From the NCBI RefSeq assembly GCF_009914755.1, contig NC_060926.1: a DNA stretch of 64,000 bases. The stretch is one strand, 5' to 3'. The DNA is from the human T2T-CHM13v2.0 reference genome, Homo sapiens. The translations under genes and the position numbers were made by a program. Below are positions 19,144-39,990 of this stretch, piece after piece (within the stretch, counting starts at the first letter, position 1; the number at the start of each line of letters is the position of its first letter). The notes beneath the pieces are model-generated. The model saw nothing but the letters and a program-made list of their open reading frames with translations. It had not been told where the DNA came from and ran no database searches.

Positions 19144-20650
19144 TCACACATCATTTCTTAATTGTAACTCCAAGATAAAACAATACTGCATTTATTCCTG
19201 GTGCTCATTTACAATCGTGACACATTGTTTTCTTTTACAACACATAAACAATTAACTTTACTATAACTAGAAATAAGATTTGAGATATTAATAAAAGATC
19301 ACTATGCCACATATAAAATATAATTTATAGATATACCTGTTCAAATTTCTCTATTATTTATTTCTGATTATGACCCAAAACATAATGTCCAAAAATATTT
19401 TATAGATAAATATATCTTTTATAATATCAAACCTCTCTTAAATTATACCATAATAATTATATGAGAATGAGGGATAAGCATAAAAACTGAGTTGTCTTGT
19501 GAAATGAATTGAACAAAAAGTTGTGTGGTAATTTTTTAAAAAAGCTTGAAAGATAGTTTGGGACATTTTGTCACATTTAAACTATAGCTTTCTCCATTCC
19601 TATGGAGAATTGCCATTAAGAACTTAGTTTTCTCCATTATTAATGGAAGGTTGATTGGCTGTGCATGGCAGAAATGAATTGTTCATAGAGTTATTCATTT
19701 GCATAAATAGAAATGCATTTAAAAATATATAAATAAACACATATATATAAATATACATACATACGAGTGTGGTCTGTATTTAGAATAGCTTAAACCATGT
19801 AAGTCCAGCGAAAACTCACTACAATATAGTTTATTTCTAGAATAACTATTGAATTGCAAATGTTCATTTACCTGTAATTTATGCTATGCAAGAAAAAAAG
19901 GAACCAAGAACACATACCTATTGTATTTATAAACTGCTCAGGATCTGAGAATTTTAGAGAGGTAGAGATTTTAAAATTCTGCTTTTCTCCTGTGAAACTT
20001 ATTACTCAGAGTCATGGAATTTTCAATTAAATATAAAAGAATGTAGCAGCCCTCTGGTACATTTACTAAAAAAGGGTATGCACTTTATTTCCTTTTTTGA
20101 CTATTTTAATTCCACCTATAAGCAAAATCTATGTTTACTCTAATCCTAATCTAAACTATTTGAATGATATTAAATTAATTTTTCAAATTTGGCTATGTCA
20201 ATTGAACAATTTACAGATTGGCATGTTTTTCAAGGTAAATATATTTTAATGTATTATGTATGTATATGACATTCATGTGTTCTGCCTAAAGTACAGACTG
20301 TCACATGGAGTTTCATTTATTCCTTAAAAAATTAATTTAAAAAATCTATCTGATATGAATAACATGACTTTTTTTCTAAAATTAGAGGCCACTTGAAATT
20401 GTCTAAATTCCTAATTTTTGCTGCCTATTTTAAAGTTGCATTGTTATTATACTTTAAGTTTTAGGGTACATGTACACAATGTGCAGGTTAGTTACATATG
20501 TATACATGTGCCATGTTGGTGTGCTGTACCCATTAACTCGTCAATTAGCATTAGGTATATCTCCTAAAGCTATCCCTCCCCCCTCCCCCGACCCCACAAC
20601 AGTCCCCAGAGTGTGATGTTCCCCTTCCTGTGTCCATGTGTTCTCATTGT

Positions 20651-24477
<3,827 letters not shown>

Positions 24478-24540
24478 TATGATATTAGCTGGTTATTTTG
24501 CTCATTAGTTGATGCAGTTTCTTCCTAGCCTCGGTGGTCT

Positions 24541-25207
24541 TTACAATTTGGCATGATTTTGCAGTGGCTGGTACCAGTTGTTCCTTTCCATGTTTAGTGC
24601 TTCCTGCAGGAGCTCTTTTAGGGCAGGCCTGGTGGTGACAAAATCTCTCATCATTTGCTTGTCTGTAAAGTATTTTATTTCTCCTTCACTTATGAAGCTT
24701 AGTTTGGATGGACATGAAATTCTGGGTTGAAAATTCTTTTCTTTAAGAATGTTGAATATTGGCCCCCACTCTCTTCTGGCTTGTAGAGTTTCTGCCAAGA
24801 GATCTGCTGTTAGTCTGATGGGCTTCCCTTTGTGGGTAACCCGACCTTTCTCTCTGGCTGCACTTAACATTTTTTCCTTCATTTCAAGTTTGGTGAATCT
24901 GACAATTATGTGTCTTGGAGTTGCTCTTCTCGAGGAGTATCTTAGTGGAGTTCTCTGTATTTCCTGAATCCGAATGTTGGCCTGCCTTTCTAGATTGGGG
25001 AAGTTCTCCTGGATAATATCCTGCAGAGTGTTTTCCAACTTGGTTCCATTCTCCCCGTCACTTTCAGGTACACCAATCAGACGTAGATTTGGTCTTTTCA
25101 CATAGTCCCATATTTCTTGGAGGCTTTGTTCTTTTCTTTTTATTCTTTTTTCTCTAAACTTCCCTTCTTGCTTCATTTCATTCATTTCATCTTCCATCAC
25201 TGATACC
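24541..25207 (-). pseudogene. L1 ORF1 C-terminal part (RRM/CTD), 5'-truncated
   Basis: SLQEIWDYVKRPNLRLIGVPE...ARREWGPIF...YQPLQNHAKL. Confidence 0.95.
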
Positions 25208-25671
25208 TTAAAGTTGCATTGACCAATAATTTGCAACTTGTGTAAAAAAGTTAATCAGCACCAAACATGCTACTATTGAGGAGTCTGAGGATTGGTTTTA
25301 TTAATTATGTCGATTTTGAGCTCAGAATAGATAGTGGTAGCACGTGTTCTGTGTATTCAACACTCCTATTTTATGGCTTCAGATATTTTTATTTATGGTA
25401 GCTCACAAAATTCTCAGAATGTTAAATCTCCCAAATGCTATATAAATGTAATGCTGCCAGAAAATAATTTCCATAACAGTAGGCCTCTTTGTCTATTTTT
25501 TTTTAACTGATGTATCCCAGAACCTAGAACTTTTAAGCACTCATTATTTTAAGCACTCAAGAACCGTTTATTGAATAAGGTAATTTATGCTCAAATAGAT
25601 GCTACCTAGTGCAGCTGGAAATCAAATCATGTGTTCTGATTTAGGATGGTTTTAAAGAAAATATTTATGAC

Positions 25672-26040
25672 TGTGACAGGCTGTATTTTTTTCCAAAGCA
25701 AACCACAATAGTAACTTCTATCCCACAAACCCTTCTTAAATGTGATTTTGGCACTCCTCCCATCAACAAGAAGAGTCTAGATTCTCTCTGATTGAATCTA
25801 GACAGGCTTGTGACTTTTCAGATAAGGTAATATAAGCCTACATAGTTTTCACCTGGCTCTGTTGTTATGCAGCCATGGAATCCCTGAGGCACCATGTAAG
25901 AATTTCCAGGCTATTATGCTTTGAGGAAACCCAGTTCACGGTGAGTTCATATGCAGAAATATTTCAACCCAGAACCCCAGCTGAATTCCTCATCAACCCC
26001 CAGATGGACCAGTGACAGTCCTTGAGACAGACTGCAGATA
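25672..26040 (+). mobile_element. MLT1 (G/H-like) LTR
   Basis: tgtgacaggctgta...cactcctcccatcaa...gaatctagacaggcttgtgac...caccatgtaagaa. Confidence 0.6.
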
Positions 26041-26199
26041 CACATCACCAATATCAAGCATGGACGAGTAGACTGCTATGGATAATAGGTGAAAAGGACA
26101 AATTTCTTGGATGACATAACCTACCAAATGTGACTCAAGAAGAAATAGCTGTAACTCAATTATAATAAATCAGGTCCAGATAGCTTCACTGGGCTGTTT

Positions 26200-26505
26200 T
26201 AATGGCTTAATACTCATTGACTATTTCCTGTAGGCCAGAAGTTAAGTGAGTTTGGCTAGTTACTTTGCTTAAAGTCTCAATAGGCTGAAATCAAAGTATT
26301 GGTCAGCCTGGGTTTTTATCTGGAGACTCAAGGGTAAAGGATAATCTACTTCCAGTCTTAATCGGGTTGTTGATAGAATTAAATTCTGTGAAGTCGTAGA
26401 GCTGAAGTCTCTATTTCTTTGCTCACTGTCAGACAGAGGTCATTCTTAACTGTAGGAGGCTGCTCACGTGCCTTGGCTCATGGTCCCATCCATCTTAAAA
26501 GTCCC
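26200..26505 (-). mobile_element. MLT1 (E/F-like) LTR fragment
   Basis: aggctgaaatcaaagtattggtcagcctg...ggttgttgatagaatt...ccttggctcatggtccc. Confidence 0.65.
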
Positions 26506-26514
26506 CAACAGATC

Positions 26515-26835
26515 ACTGATACACTCAACAACTTGGATAGATCTCAAGTTAATTATTGTTAGCAAAAAGCCAGTCTCAAAAGATCATATAATGTCTGATT
26601 CTATGTATATAACATTCAGAAAATGACAAAATTATAGAGAGAATGAAAACTGATTGGTGGTTGCAAGGTTTAGGAATAGGAGTTGACTATAAAGAGATAT
26701 TAAGACAGAGATGTTTGTGGTGATGGAATCTGTCTTGAATGCAGTGTTTGCAATGGTAGTAGATTTACACATGTGACAAAATAGCATAGCACTATATAGG
26801 CAAATAGTACCAATGCTAATATCCTGGTTTTGATA
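26515..26835 (+). mobile_element. L1MC/MD-like 3' UTR fragment
   Basis: caacttggatagatctcaag...aaaagccagtctcaaaag...aaatgacaaaattatagag. Confidence 0.65.
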
Positions 26836-27086
26836 TGCTTCTCAAAAATGTATGCATGATCTCAGGAGTGTATAAGCCTTGTGCCTATTTTGTTTGATTC
26901 ATTTATACTTGATGTAGCTTGAAGTTTAGTTTAAATGATATTGTTTTTCAAATTTTGTTTCTATTGTTTCATCACAACATATAGAAATACAATTGATTGT
27001 TGTATATTGACCTTTAATCTGCTAAACTCACTTAAGACTCCTAGCTGTCTTTTTATAGTTCTTAACTATATGTGAACAGTTATATT

Positions 27087-27597
27087 TGCATTCATTTCCT
27101 TTTGCTGCTGTAACAAGTTGCTACAAATTTAGGAGCTTAAATCAACACAAACGTATATGACAGTTCTGAAGGTCAGAAGTTGAAATGAGTTATGCTACAC
27201 TAAAATCAAGTTGTCATCAGAGCTGATTTTTCATTTCAAAATATGAAAAATTTTTTGGCTTGTGTTTTGCATTTTCCAACATTTAGAGACTGTGCACATT
27301 CCTTGGCTCATGGCTTCCTCTGTCTTCAAAGCCAATAATGGCCAGTTGAGTCTTTCCACCTGCAGGGTCACCTTCTCACCCCTTCCACTGTCTTAACAAC
27401 ATTCTAAAACTGACACTTCTGCCTCCCTCTTAATCTTTTAAAGACCCTTGAAATTATATTAGGCTCACTCAGATAATCTGAGAAAATCACGCAGTTCAAG
27501 ATTCTTACTCACATTTGCAAACTCCCTTTTGCCAAGTAACATATTCTAGGAACTAGAATGTGACAGTCTTTGGAGGTTCATTATTCTACCTATAGTA
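27087..27597 (-). mobile_element. MLT1 (D/E-like) LTR
   Basis: gctgctgtaacaa...cagttctgaaggtcagaag...catttgcaaactcccttttgcca. Confidence 0.7.
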
Positions 27598-27944
27598 ATA
27601 TTGCATATCAATAAACACAATTTTCTCCTTCTTTTACAAATTATATCTTTTTCTTTTTCCCAGCTTTATTGAAGAATAATTGATGTGCAAAAAATATACC
27701 TATCTAGAATATGTAATTTGAAGAACTTTGACATATTTGCTTTCCTGCTTGAATAATATGCATATAGTGAGCATATTTTTATGTGTTGTCATTCATTTAT
27801 GTTTCCTGGAGAAGTGACCATTCAAATATTTTCCCTTTTATAAATTTAACAATTTATCATTTATCTTACAAAGTTTTTATTTTTAAACAGCTTTATCAAA
27901 ATATGATTCACATACTATAAAATCCACTTATTTAAAATATAGAA

Positions 27945-29215
27945 AAGATGTCCATTTTCCTCAAGTTGATCTATAGAGTTAATGAATTCCAATCAAACCC
28001 AAGCAGATATTTTTAAACATTAATAAGCTGATTCAAAATTTATATGGAAATGCAAACTACCTAAACAATATTGAAAAGGAAGAACAGAGTTATGCAACTC
28101 TGAATACATAATTTTCAAAGTTAAGATGAAGCTTCTTCAATAACAGTAGTGAAGTATTGGCTTTGGATATTTATATATATCAGTGAAACCATCATATAAA
28201 TGACTGATTAATTTTTGATAAAGACACCAAAGTAATTAAGTTGGAGACATATATTTAAAAAAATTGCGCTAGAACATATATTTATCTTTGTTAATAAAAA
28301 TAAACTCTGTATTATATTATATCACATAAAAATTACAGGATGAATTCTAGATCTAAATATATGAGTGAAATCTATAATACTTATTTGAAAAACACTGGAG
28401 AAATATTTGATTCCTCAAGTTAGTCAAAGATTTATTAGTAGTACACAAAAGAAAAAACTATAGAAGAAAAGAATGATTAACTTAAATATTTTAAGCATAT
28501 TAACTTCAGCTAAGTAAAACAAAACAAAACAAAAAAACTCTCAAGCTACAGCTTGTGAGAAAATATTTACAAATAATATGTCTGAAAAAGGTGCTGTTAA
28601 CTTTTAAAATGCAACAATATGAAAACAAGCAGTCAATTAAAATGCACACCAGATTGGAAACAACTCGCCAAAGAAAATATACAAATGGCAAGTAAGAATG
28701 TAAAAAAAAGTTGAACCCTATTAGTTTGTAGATAATTCAAATTAAAAAACAATGAGATACCAGTATATACCCAATGGTATAAATAAAATAAAAAAGATTA
28801 ACAATACCAAATGTTAGCAAGAATATACAGCAACTGGAACTCATACATTGCTTTTGGGGATCGAAAATAGTATAGAACTGCTTTGGTAAACAATTTCTCA
28901 ATTTATTATACACTTAAATATACAGATACCCTAGAACTCAGTATTCTACATTCTACAAGTTATTTATCTAAAAGAAACAAAATGATATCTATATCTATTT
29001 ATAGATATATAGTGACAAAATGTAAGACAGTGGTTGCCCCTGGTCATTTTGGAGGAAATTAGTTGACTGTAAAGGGGTATTAGGACACAGTTCAAATCAA
29101 TGCAAATATTCTTAGTTTCAGGGGTTATCTAACTATTATGGGGGCATTTAAAACTCAAACTATACACTTCAAATTAATTATCTTTATTTTATGCAACTTA
29201 TACCCCAACAAAGCT
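27945..29215 (+). mobile_element. Ancient L1ME/MC, ORF2 3' part and 3' UTR
   Basis: ttgatctatagagttaatgaattccaatcaaa, aagctgattcaaaatttatatggaaatgcaaa, caatgagatacca, gcaactggaactcatacattgct. Confidence 0.7.
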
Positions 29216-32200
29216 AAGTAGAAAAGTAAAGCCTATATGTAACTATTTTTGAAGCATAAAAGCTATAAAACCCTCTATCTTTGGTAGTTCAATTTCTTTA
29301 TAATTTTTTACAAGATACTACAATTTCTAATCTAATAAAAATAATACCTGAATAAGTTATAGTTCATAGTTATTTTTAACTCATTAGTGAGTTGAAGATT
29401 TTCTAGAAACTGAAATGAATTAATTCCATAAAGTGACTAGCGTTTCTTAGGAAATAAAAGACACATATCTACTTTCATCCCTGGCAGAGTTATGGGAGAA
29501 GAAACAAATCCTTCCAATGCAGAGGTATGGCAAAACTAGCCATTTATACAGTTCCTTACCGGTTCAAAGCTTTTTATCAAATTAATTGTATCTGATAATC
29601 TGACACAGAGCTTTCATTCTTCAATGTGTGGATTAATAAGAACCTCATCAATCTCACCAGACCTACCTTACATCTTTTTCTTTACCATTAAAAGACTTTG
29701 CCATCTTAGGTCATGGATCTGAAACACCACTTGGCAATATACATTATTCTCAACCTGAAGCAGTGATTTTGGGTTCAGATTGAAACTCAGTCTCGCCTGA
29801 CAAATTAAGGTTCACCAGCAACAAATGTACTTGGTTTTAAGAAACGAACAGGACAGGTAATAACACAGATTACATGTCTACAGCATAGCACTGTTCTCAT
29901 AAATCCTGGGTGTAGCCACTGATGATTTGCACTCAGAATATACATAATCATATGTTAAGAGAGTGGATGAGAAGAGGTCATCTGCTGAAGATTAATTAAT
30001 CCATTATCACAGAAGTCCTATATCTTTTATACATTTCTAGTAGTCCTCTCTGGGGTAGTTCTCATTCTCTAGTGTAGTTGCATCTCAACAATGATAGTTG
30101 CTTGTTACTCAACAAATAGTGTTGATAATGAAATATGGATGTTTGGTCTGGTTTCTAGTAATTTAGGCGGAATTCTCATTTATCTTGGAACCAACCTAGG
30201 GATAATCCTGTAAATTCTGTGAATTGATATTGTAAAAACACTGCTAAGTAGCAAATTTTTTAGAAATTCCTGGAGTTAGGGAAAAGACATTCTAAACATT
30301 TGTTAACGCTTTCTTTTCACATAGTAAATTCCCAAGTAATATATAATTGTCTATTTGTCAAATAGTGAAAAACCCTTCTGGTACCTTTTGAAATTCAACA
30401 ATTACGGTTTAGTCTCTACCACTTTTTCAGTCCACCTCACAGTAAAAATAATATTAAAACAAATTTTCAGCAAGTTCAATTTATTGCATAATTCAAGAAA
30501 CACTGTTTCAACTGTTTAGGTTTACTCGTTAAAAGAATGAAACTTTCACATTTCTAATGCAAATATTCTCTCTACTTGCATAGGCTTTATAATTTTAAAT
30601 AAAATTGACATCCACTTCCATAACAACCTTAAGATAAAGACAATTTACACCACAACTAATGAGATTCTGATTATGATACGTATTCCTATTAGAAAATTAA
30701 CTTTTTTTTCAGAATGTTGTTGATGCAGCTACATTTTTATCAGAATCTGGTAGAGTTTGCCTTATATTATTCCTTGGTAATATGTCTCAACAATTATAAA
30801 TATGTATGTTTCCACATCTCACATATATACAAAGTATAGCAATATAAACTAGAATATGTTTGAAAAAAGTTTAACATTTAAATTTAATGTTCTAAGGTTT
30901 CAGTGCCAACTGTGTGGTTTCCCTCTATTTAAAATTTAAAATAAAAATGATATGGGGTATATTAAATGTGATCATTTACTACGCCATCAATGAACTGTAT
31001 ATTGTCTTTATACAGTGAATTGATTAATCTGATGTTATCCTTAGCATACCTAAGGAAGATGAAATAAAGACTTCAGATACTATTAATGGTAACTGGAATA
31101 AGAGGAACAGAAACCAATGTTCTAAGTAGTTCAAAAGTTTGTTTTTCCACTAAAATAACTATAAACTAGTAATATAAATATAAACATATTTTAATAAGCA
31201 AATACAACAGGTATCATTAAAATATCATTTGCCTATTAATGTTGACACTTTAGGTATATGTGTTTGTGTTTGAGTGTACATACCTCTGTGTGTGATGTTT
31301 AAATAAGCTATACTGCAATGGGTTGGCATTAGCAGAATGAAATTTCAATTCATATCAATCAAAATTGAATGTGATGTAGCAGCTAAAATGTGAATATAAA
31401 GAAACTAGGAGAAGCTGTGTCGTTACCCAGATGTTGAGTCTGATCCAAGTACTAAATGACTGTGTGATTTTTACCAGATTATCAAGCCTCTTTGAATTTC
31501 CAGATCTGTCTCTTCAACTAGGAACAAAGGTTTTTGAATTTAATTTTCATTGAGTTCCTGTTTAAATATAAAGATTTAAAATTTGTGTGGTTCCTTTTGT
31601 ACTGCCCAAATTGAAATCTTATAAATCCCAACATTCAGCATTACATTGTTTTATTTATATGCAGGTTTTAACCAGGCACATTGACTAGAGTTATTTCAAA
31701 ATTTTAGAATACACTTGTTTAACAACCCATGGTGGTTGTTTATTCATTATTTCTCCATCATACTTAACTCCATTAGAAGTGATATGATATTACTAAACAT
31801 TTGCTTATCTTTACAGAAAATCTAATGATTTACACAAATAACAAAGAAGTTCCCAGATGGTATTATACATGGATGTTCAAATGAAGAGACTAAAACTTTT
31901 ATACTTTATGAATATTAGTGAGATAAATAAATAAAGATTAGGGTTTTTTTGAAATAAAGATTAGGGGTTTTTGACATCAATAATTGGGTCAATTTGTAGA
32001 GAATAGATTTTCACTGTGTTTTTTTTTGTACTCATCAAAACATTATACTTGTGTTATTTCATATTTAAGTATCTACCAAGATCTACTTTTGTAGGACTCA
32101 GTGCTCTTGATTAAGGATAATGAATACTATTGTATTCTGCTTTGTATTTTGCATTATACAAATCCACACACTTTTTTAGGCAAAACAGAAAAACACCTGT

Positions 32201-33579
32201 AAAGCCCACATAGTTCTAAAGCATTTGGAAAAACTACAAAACAATCTTTCTTAAGTTTTTGTAGTATTGGAAATAACTGTCAATTAAATACATATTAAAT
32301 ATAAACATAAAATAAAATATACATGTATAAATGTAAACATATATATACAACTGTCCCAGATTATACAGCAGTTGTATAATGTAGCATTTTTAGATATTTT
32401 GGGTTATACTAATAAGGATTTGAGCAAAATATTGAGCAAAGCCCTAATTGTTTTGTATAGAATTCAACAGGAAAAAGCTTACTGAGAAATAAAAGATGTA
32501 TAAATTTGACCTAGGCATATATATGTACTTAAAAACAAATTGAAAATTAATCTTTCTAAGCCCCCAAGAACTCCAGAGATAATGATAGGAAATTTGTACC
32601 TTCAAGTGGCCAAGCTTCATTGTACTATAATGTCTAGTTCTCAGTCCTTCAGATACTTTCCATGATTAAGCCACCACTTGCAGACTTAGATCCATTCCAG
32701 CCTATGAAAATTTTTTGTTTTGTCAGAGTAAATTTCGTTCAATAGCTCTATAGCTTCCTATTAAATTCACAAAACTAATGGACATTTTTCATCATTAAAT
32801 GGTGTGGTGATCCCATGGCCACCTTTCTGCATTTTGGTAAGTTTTAGTAACCAAACCACCTTCTTAATTTCTATTATCTTACGTTAATAGACAAATTGTT
32901 GCTCTCTTCATGCAATCTTCTTTTTAAAAATCAGTCATCACCTGATGTCCAATCAAGCTGCTTCCCACCCTTGCAAGACATATATCACTACAATTCTCTC
33001 ATGCTGAGAACCTACTGCTTTAGATATATGACTGTACCTGGCTTAAGAGTTCCAAAATGCTTCGTCTGTTTGCTATGATTCCCTACTCTTCCCTAATAAG
33101 GAAAGTTTTACTATTGGCTTTCTCTGCATTGTGATCATTTAATTTCCAGCTCTTCCTTAATTTTCCTTCTCTACCCAAAAAACTCCTTGTTCTAAATCTA
33201 CTTAGATGGGAAGAAGAAAGGAGAAGTTTCTACTTTCTCCATGTTTAGGGTTGGTTTTTCCCACTTAAATCAGAAGAAACCATTTTTCCACTTATTGGTG
33301 AGTAAACACAAAAGAGACAAAGCAAGAATAAGCTCTGACTCTAATTTCTACTCTTCCAGATGTAATGTGACTGTATTACAGATTTGAGACAGATCTAATT
33401 AATTCCTGTTATCCTCTTTTCACTCACAAAAATGTCCCTATTTGAGAAATAAAATATATGGTAACCTTAGCCAGAGGTGTGGAAGTCAGTTAATACAAAC
33501 AAAAAACTTCCGAGGCTATGACTAGAAAGGAAGCAGATTAAAATGAAGGTAAACCTCATAAAATAAGAAGTGCAATTGA

Positions 33580-37262
<3,683 letters not shown>

Positions 37263-38737
37263 GAAAATGGCTAACCATAGAGAGAAAATTCCTAGGATCC
37301 AAGTAATTTCATTGAAATGAAATGAAACAGGTAAAGTGCAAGAAAAACATCACATTATGGTAATAAAATGAAATAATATAGCTATTAAAGGAAATAAAGA
37401 CTAAGAGAAGGAGGATAAAAGAGGAATATGATCCAGGATATTAGGAGAATAGAGACGCAACTAATGAGGAAAAGAAAGTAAAAATAAAGGGATTGTTTGC
37501 AGGAAAGGATGGATTGTCTTTTAGAAATTGTAGAAATCATTCAAAATGCAGTTAAAAGGGCAGAAAAGTGAAAACCAGAAAGACACTGAAAAAGTTGGAG
37601 GTATTTTATTAGCAAAGGAAATTTTAGTGGGAAGAGGAATATATTTAAGATAACTCTACAAAAATAAGATGATACTCAATCTGAGCTTTTAATTTTTATA
37701 TTGTTATGCTGCTTCATTTTGATTTAAATATCTCACCAATAAAATGTACTTAAATTTTATTTTTAATAGTAATTTTCACGTATAAACATGATTTTAAATG
37801 TTTATAAGAAATATGACCAAAGGCAAGAAATCTTTAAAAAGATATGCAGTATCACCTTAAAGAGTTACATTCAATTGTCAGTGTTTCAGAAGACAAGAAA
37901 CAATCTCTGCAACAAAACAAACCAAAAGAAAACAACATTTAATAATTAGGTAAGTGACTTCCAGGAAAATCCACATGTTATTTAGGACAACAACATATAT
38001 TAATAGAGTACTATTAAGTATTACTAAAAAGGGAAGAAGAAAACAATTAAGATTATTGAAAAATGTTTTCATAGAGGTAAAAGAATGGGTGGGAGGAACT
38101 TCTGACAATTAAAATTTTTACTTTGATAGACTTAATGAAAAATGTAATTAGAAGGGAGTAAAGTAGTTATGAAAAAAATAATGAAGAATAATGTAACGTG
38201 ACTTTTATATAGCTTTATAAGAAATTTGTTTTTAAACTTTTAGAATAAAAATGTACTTCTCATATATATGTATACATACAAAAAATGTGACGCAATTTAT
38301 TGTGTGAAAACTCACTAAAAATTGCCTGGTGTCATGTCCAATCGTATCAAATTTATCACATCATCATCTGAAAATATCTTATAAGAAATAAACTGTAAAT
38401 CATGGTTTTATTGAACTTGAGTTCAGCGGTGTCTCTCATGGTGTCTTATGGTAATTACTGAATTTATGAAGATACTAAAAAAGGCTATGTCATTTATTTT
38501 CTGATGAAGTTTATAGAAAATCAATCCAATTGATAGTTTGTAATTATGCAGAATGCTAATGCTAAATGGGTATATAGAAAATTAACTGTTTCTTCCTAAG
38601 ATACTCAAGTGTTAATTTTTTTCCCCTAGACTGTCAGGCCTATGAGTAAATACTAAATCTATTAGCTGTCTCCACTCATAAACCAAACCAAACCAATACA
38701 AAGATATTAGATGAGGAGAGGAAATGTAGTAAAAATA

Positions 38738-39990
38738 CTGTCTGGGTCTTATGGTTGGGATGAGTGATTTTATAACATATTATGGTGATAATTTTATTCT
38801 AGGATTTTATTTTTGGCCTAATATAGGAATGTTTAAAAAAGGCTTTTCTATGAAAATTATAAATTTATACTTGAGATTAAAAGTCTAGAAGGGGGAGGAC
38901 CTTAAAGCTAAGTTACCAGTAAGACAATGAATAATTCAGAAGAGAACACTACTCTTTTACTGACTGAGTGCCCAAGATGCCAATTTCCATGAAGTCTTGA
39001 TTTATATAGTAAACGTTATGCACATATATGTGTGTGTTTTCTAACAGTTATTTTTTAAGCTTTAGAGATAATTTTAGACTTTCAGAAGAGTTGTAAAAAT
39101 AGTAGAGTTCTTGTATACTCTGCACCCACCTTGCCCTTATGTTGACATCTTACATAACAATAGAACATTTGTCAAAATTAAGAAATTAACCTTGATATAA
39201 TACTAACTAAAGGAGAAAGTTTAAAAAGTAGAGATTTTAGTCTTTTCACTAATGTCCTTTTACTATTCGAAGACCCAGCTTTGCATTTAGCTGTCATGTC
39301 TATGTTGTGTCTTCCAGCCTGTGATGTGTATCATAACAGGGGATACCTGATGTTGTAATGTATTTCTGGTGTTGTTAACTTTGATCACTGTGCTAAGGTG
39401 GTGTCTGCTAGGATTCGCTACTGTAAACTTACTGTGTTTTCCTTGTAATTATTGAATATTTGCTGGAGATACCCTGAGACTATGCAAATGTCCCATTTCT
39501 GCTTAAACTTTTGCTCATTTTACTATCCATTGGCAGATCTTGCTTGTGGCAATTACTACTGTGGTGTTCTAATGGTGATATTCTGTTTCTCTCAATCCTT
39601 CTACATTTATTATTGGAATTCTTCTGTAAGGAAGAGTTGTCACGTCTGGATTTATATTTTTAACTATAATAAGATATTCAGGATAAGTATAGATTTAGAA
39701 CTTAAAGATGTTAAATCATGTTAAAATTATTCCAAATACCATATCAAAGAAAACTAAGTTGGTAATCTATCTCAGAAAATATATGTACTTAAGAAGGGAA
39801 ATAGTTTTTATGATTTGTAGAATTGATTCAGCTTTTTACTTAATATTGACTTTGGACTGAATTCAAAGTTTTCTTGAAATTCTACATCTGGACTTTTTAA
39901 AGTGTCTAGATTTATATTACTTTGGGGATCATTTTGTCAAAGTCTTGAATAAAGTTACCCAGTCCTGGCATGATAAATTTAAAAAAAAAG
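38738..39990 (+). pseudogene. Probable 5'-truncated retrocopy (3'-UTR-only processed pseudogene or orphan transduction); parent not identified
   Basis: AATAAA at 39948-39953, A9 tract at 39981-39989, candidate short TSD aaaaata at 38731-38737 and 39991-39997. Confidence 0.45.
39050..39660 (-). mobile_element. L1MC-like 3' fragment
   Basis: gagataattttagactttcagaagagttgtaaaaatagtagagttc...ttgatcactgtgctaaggtggtgtctgctagg. Confidence 0.7.

Noticed and set aside
31929-31973. Two-copy ~23-bp tandem repeat (also 25531-25559) as a CRISPR-like or regulatory array
   Set aside because: Only two adjacent units with no spacers; ordinary slippage duplication in eukaryotic DNA
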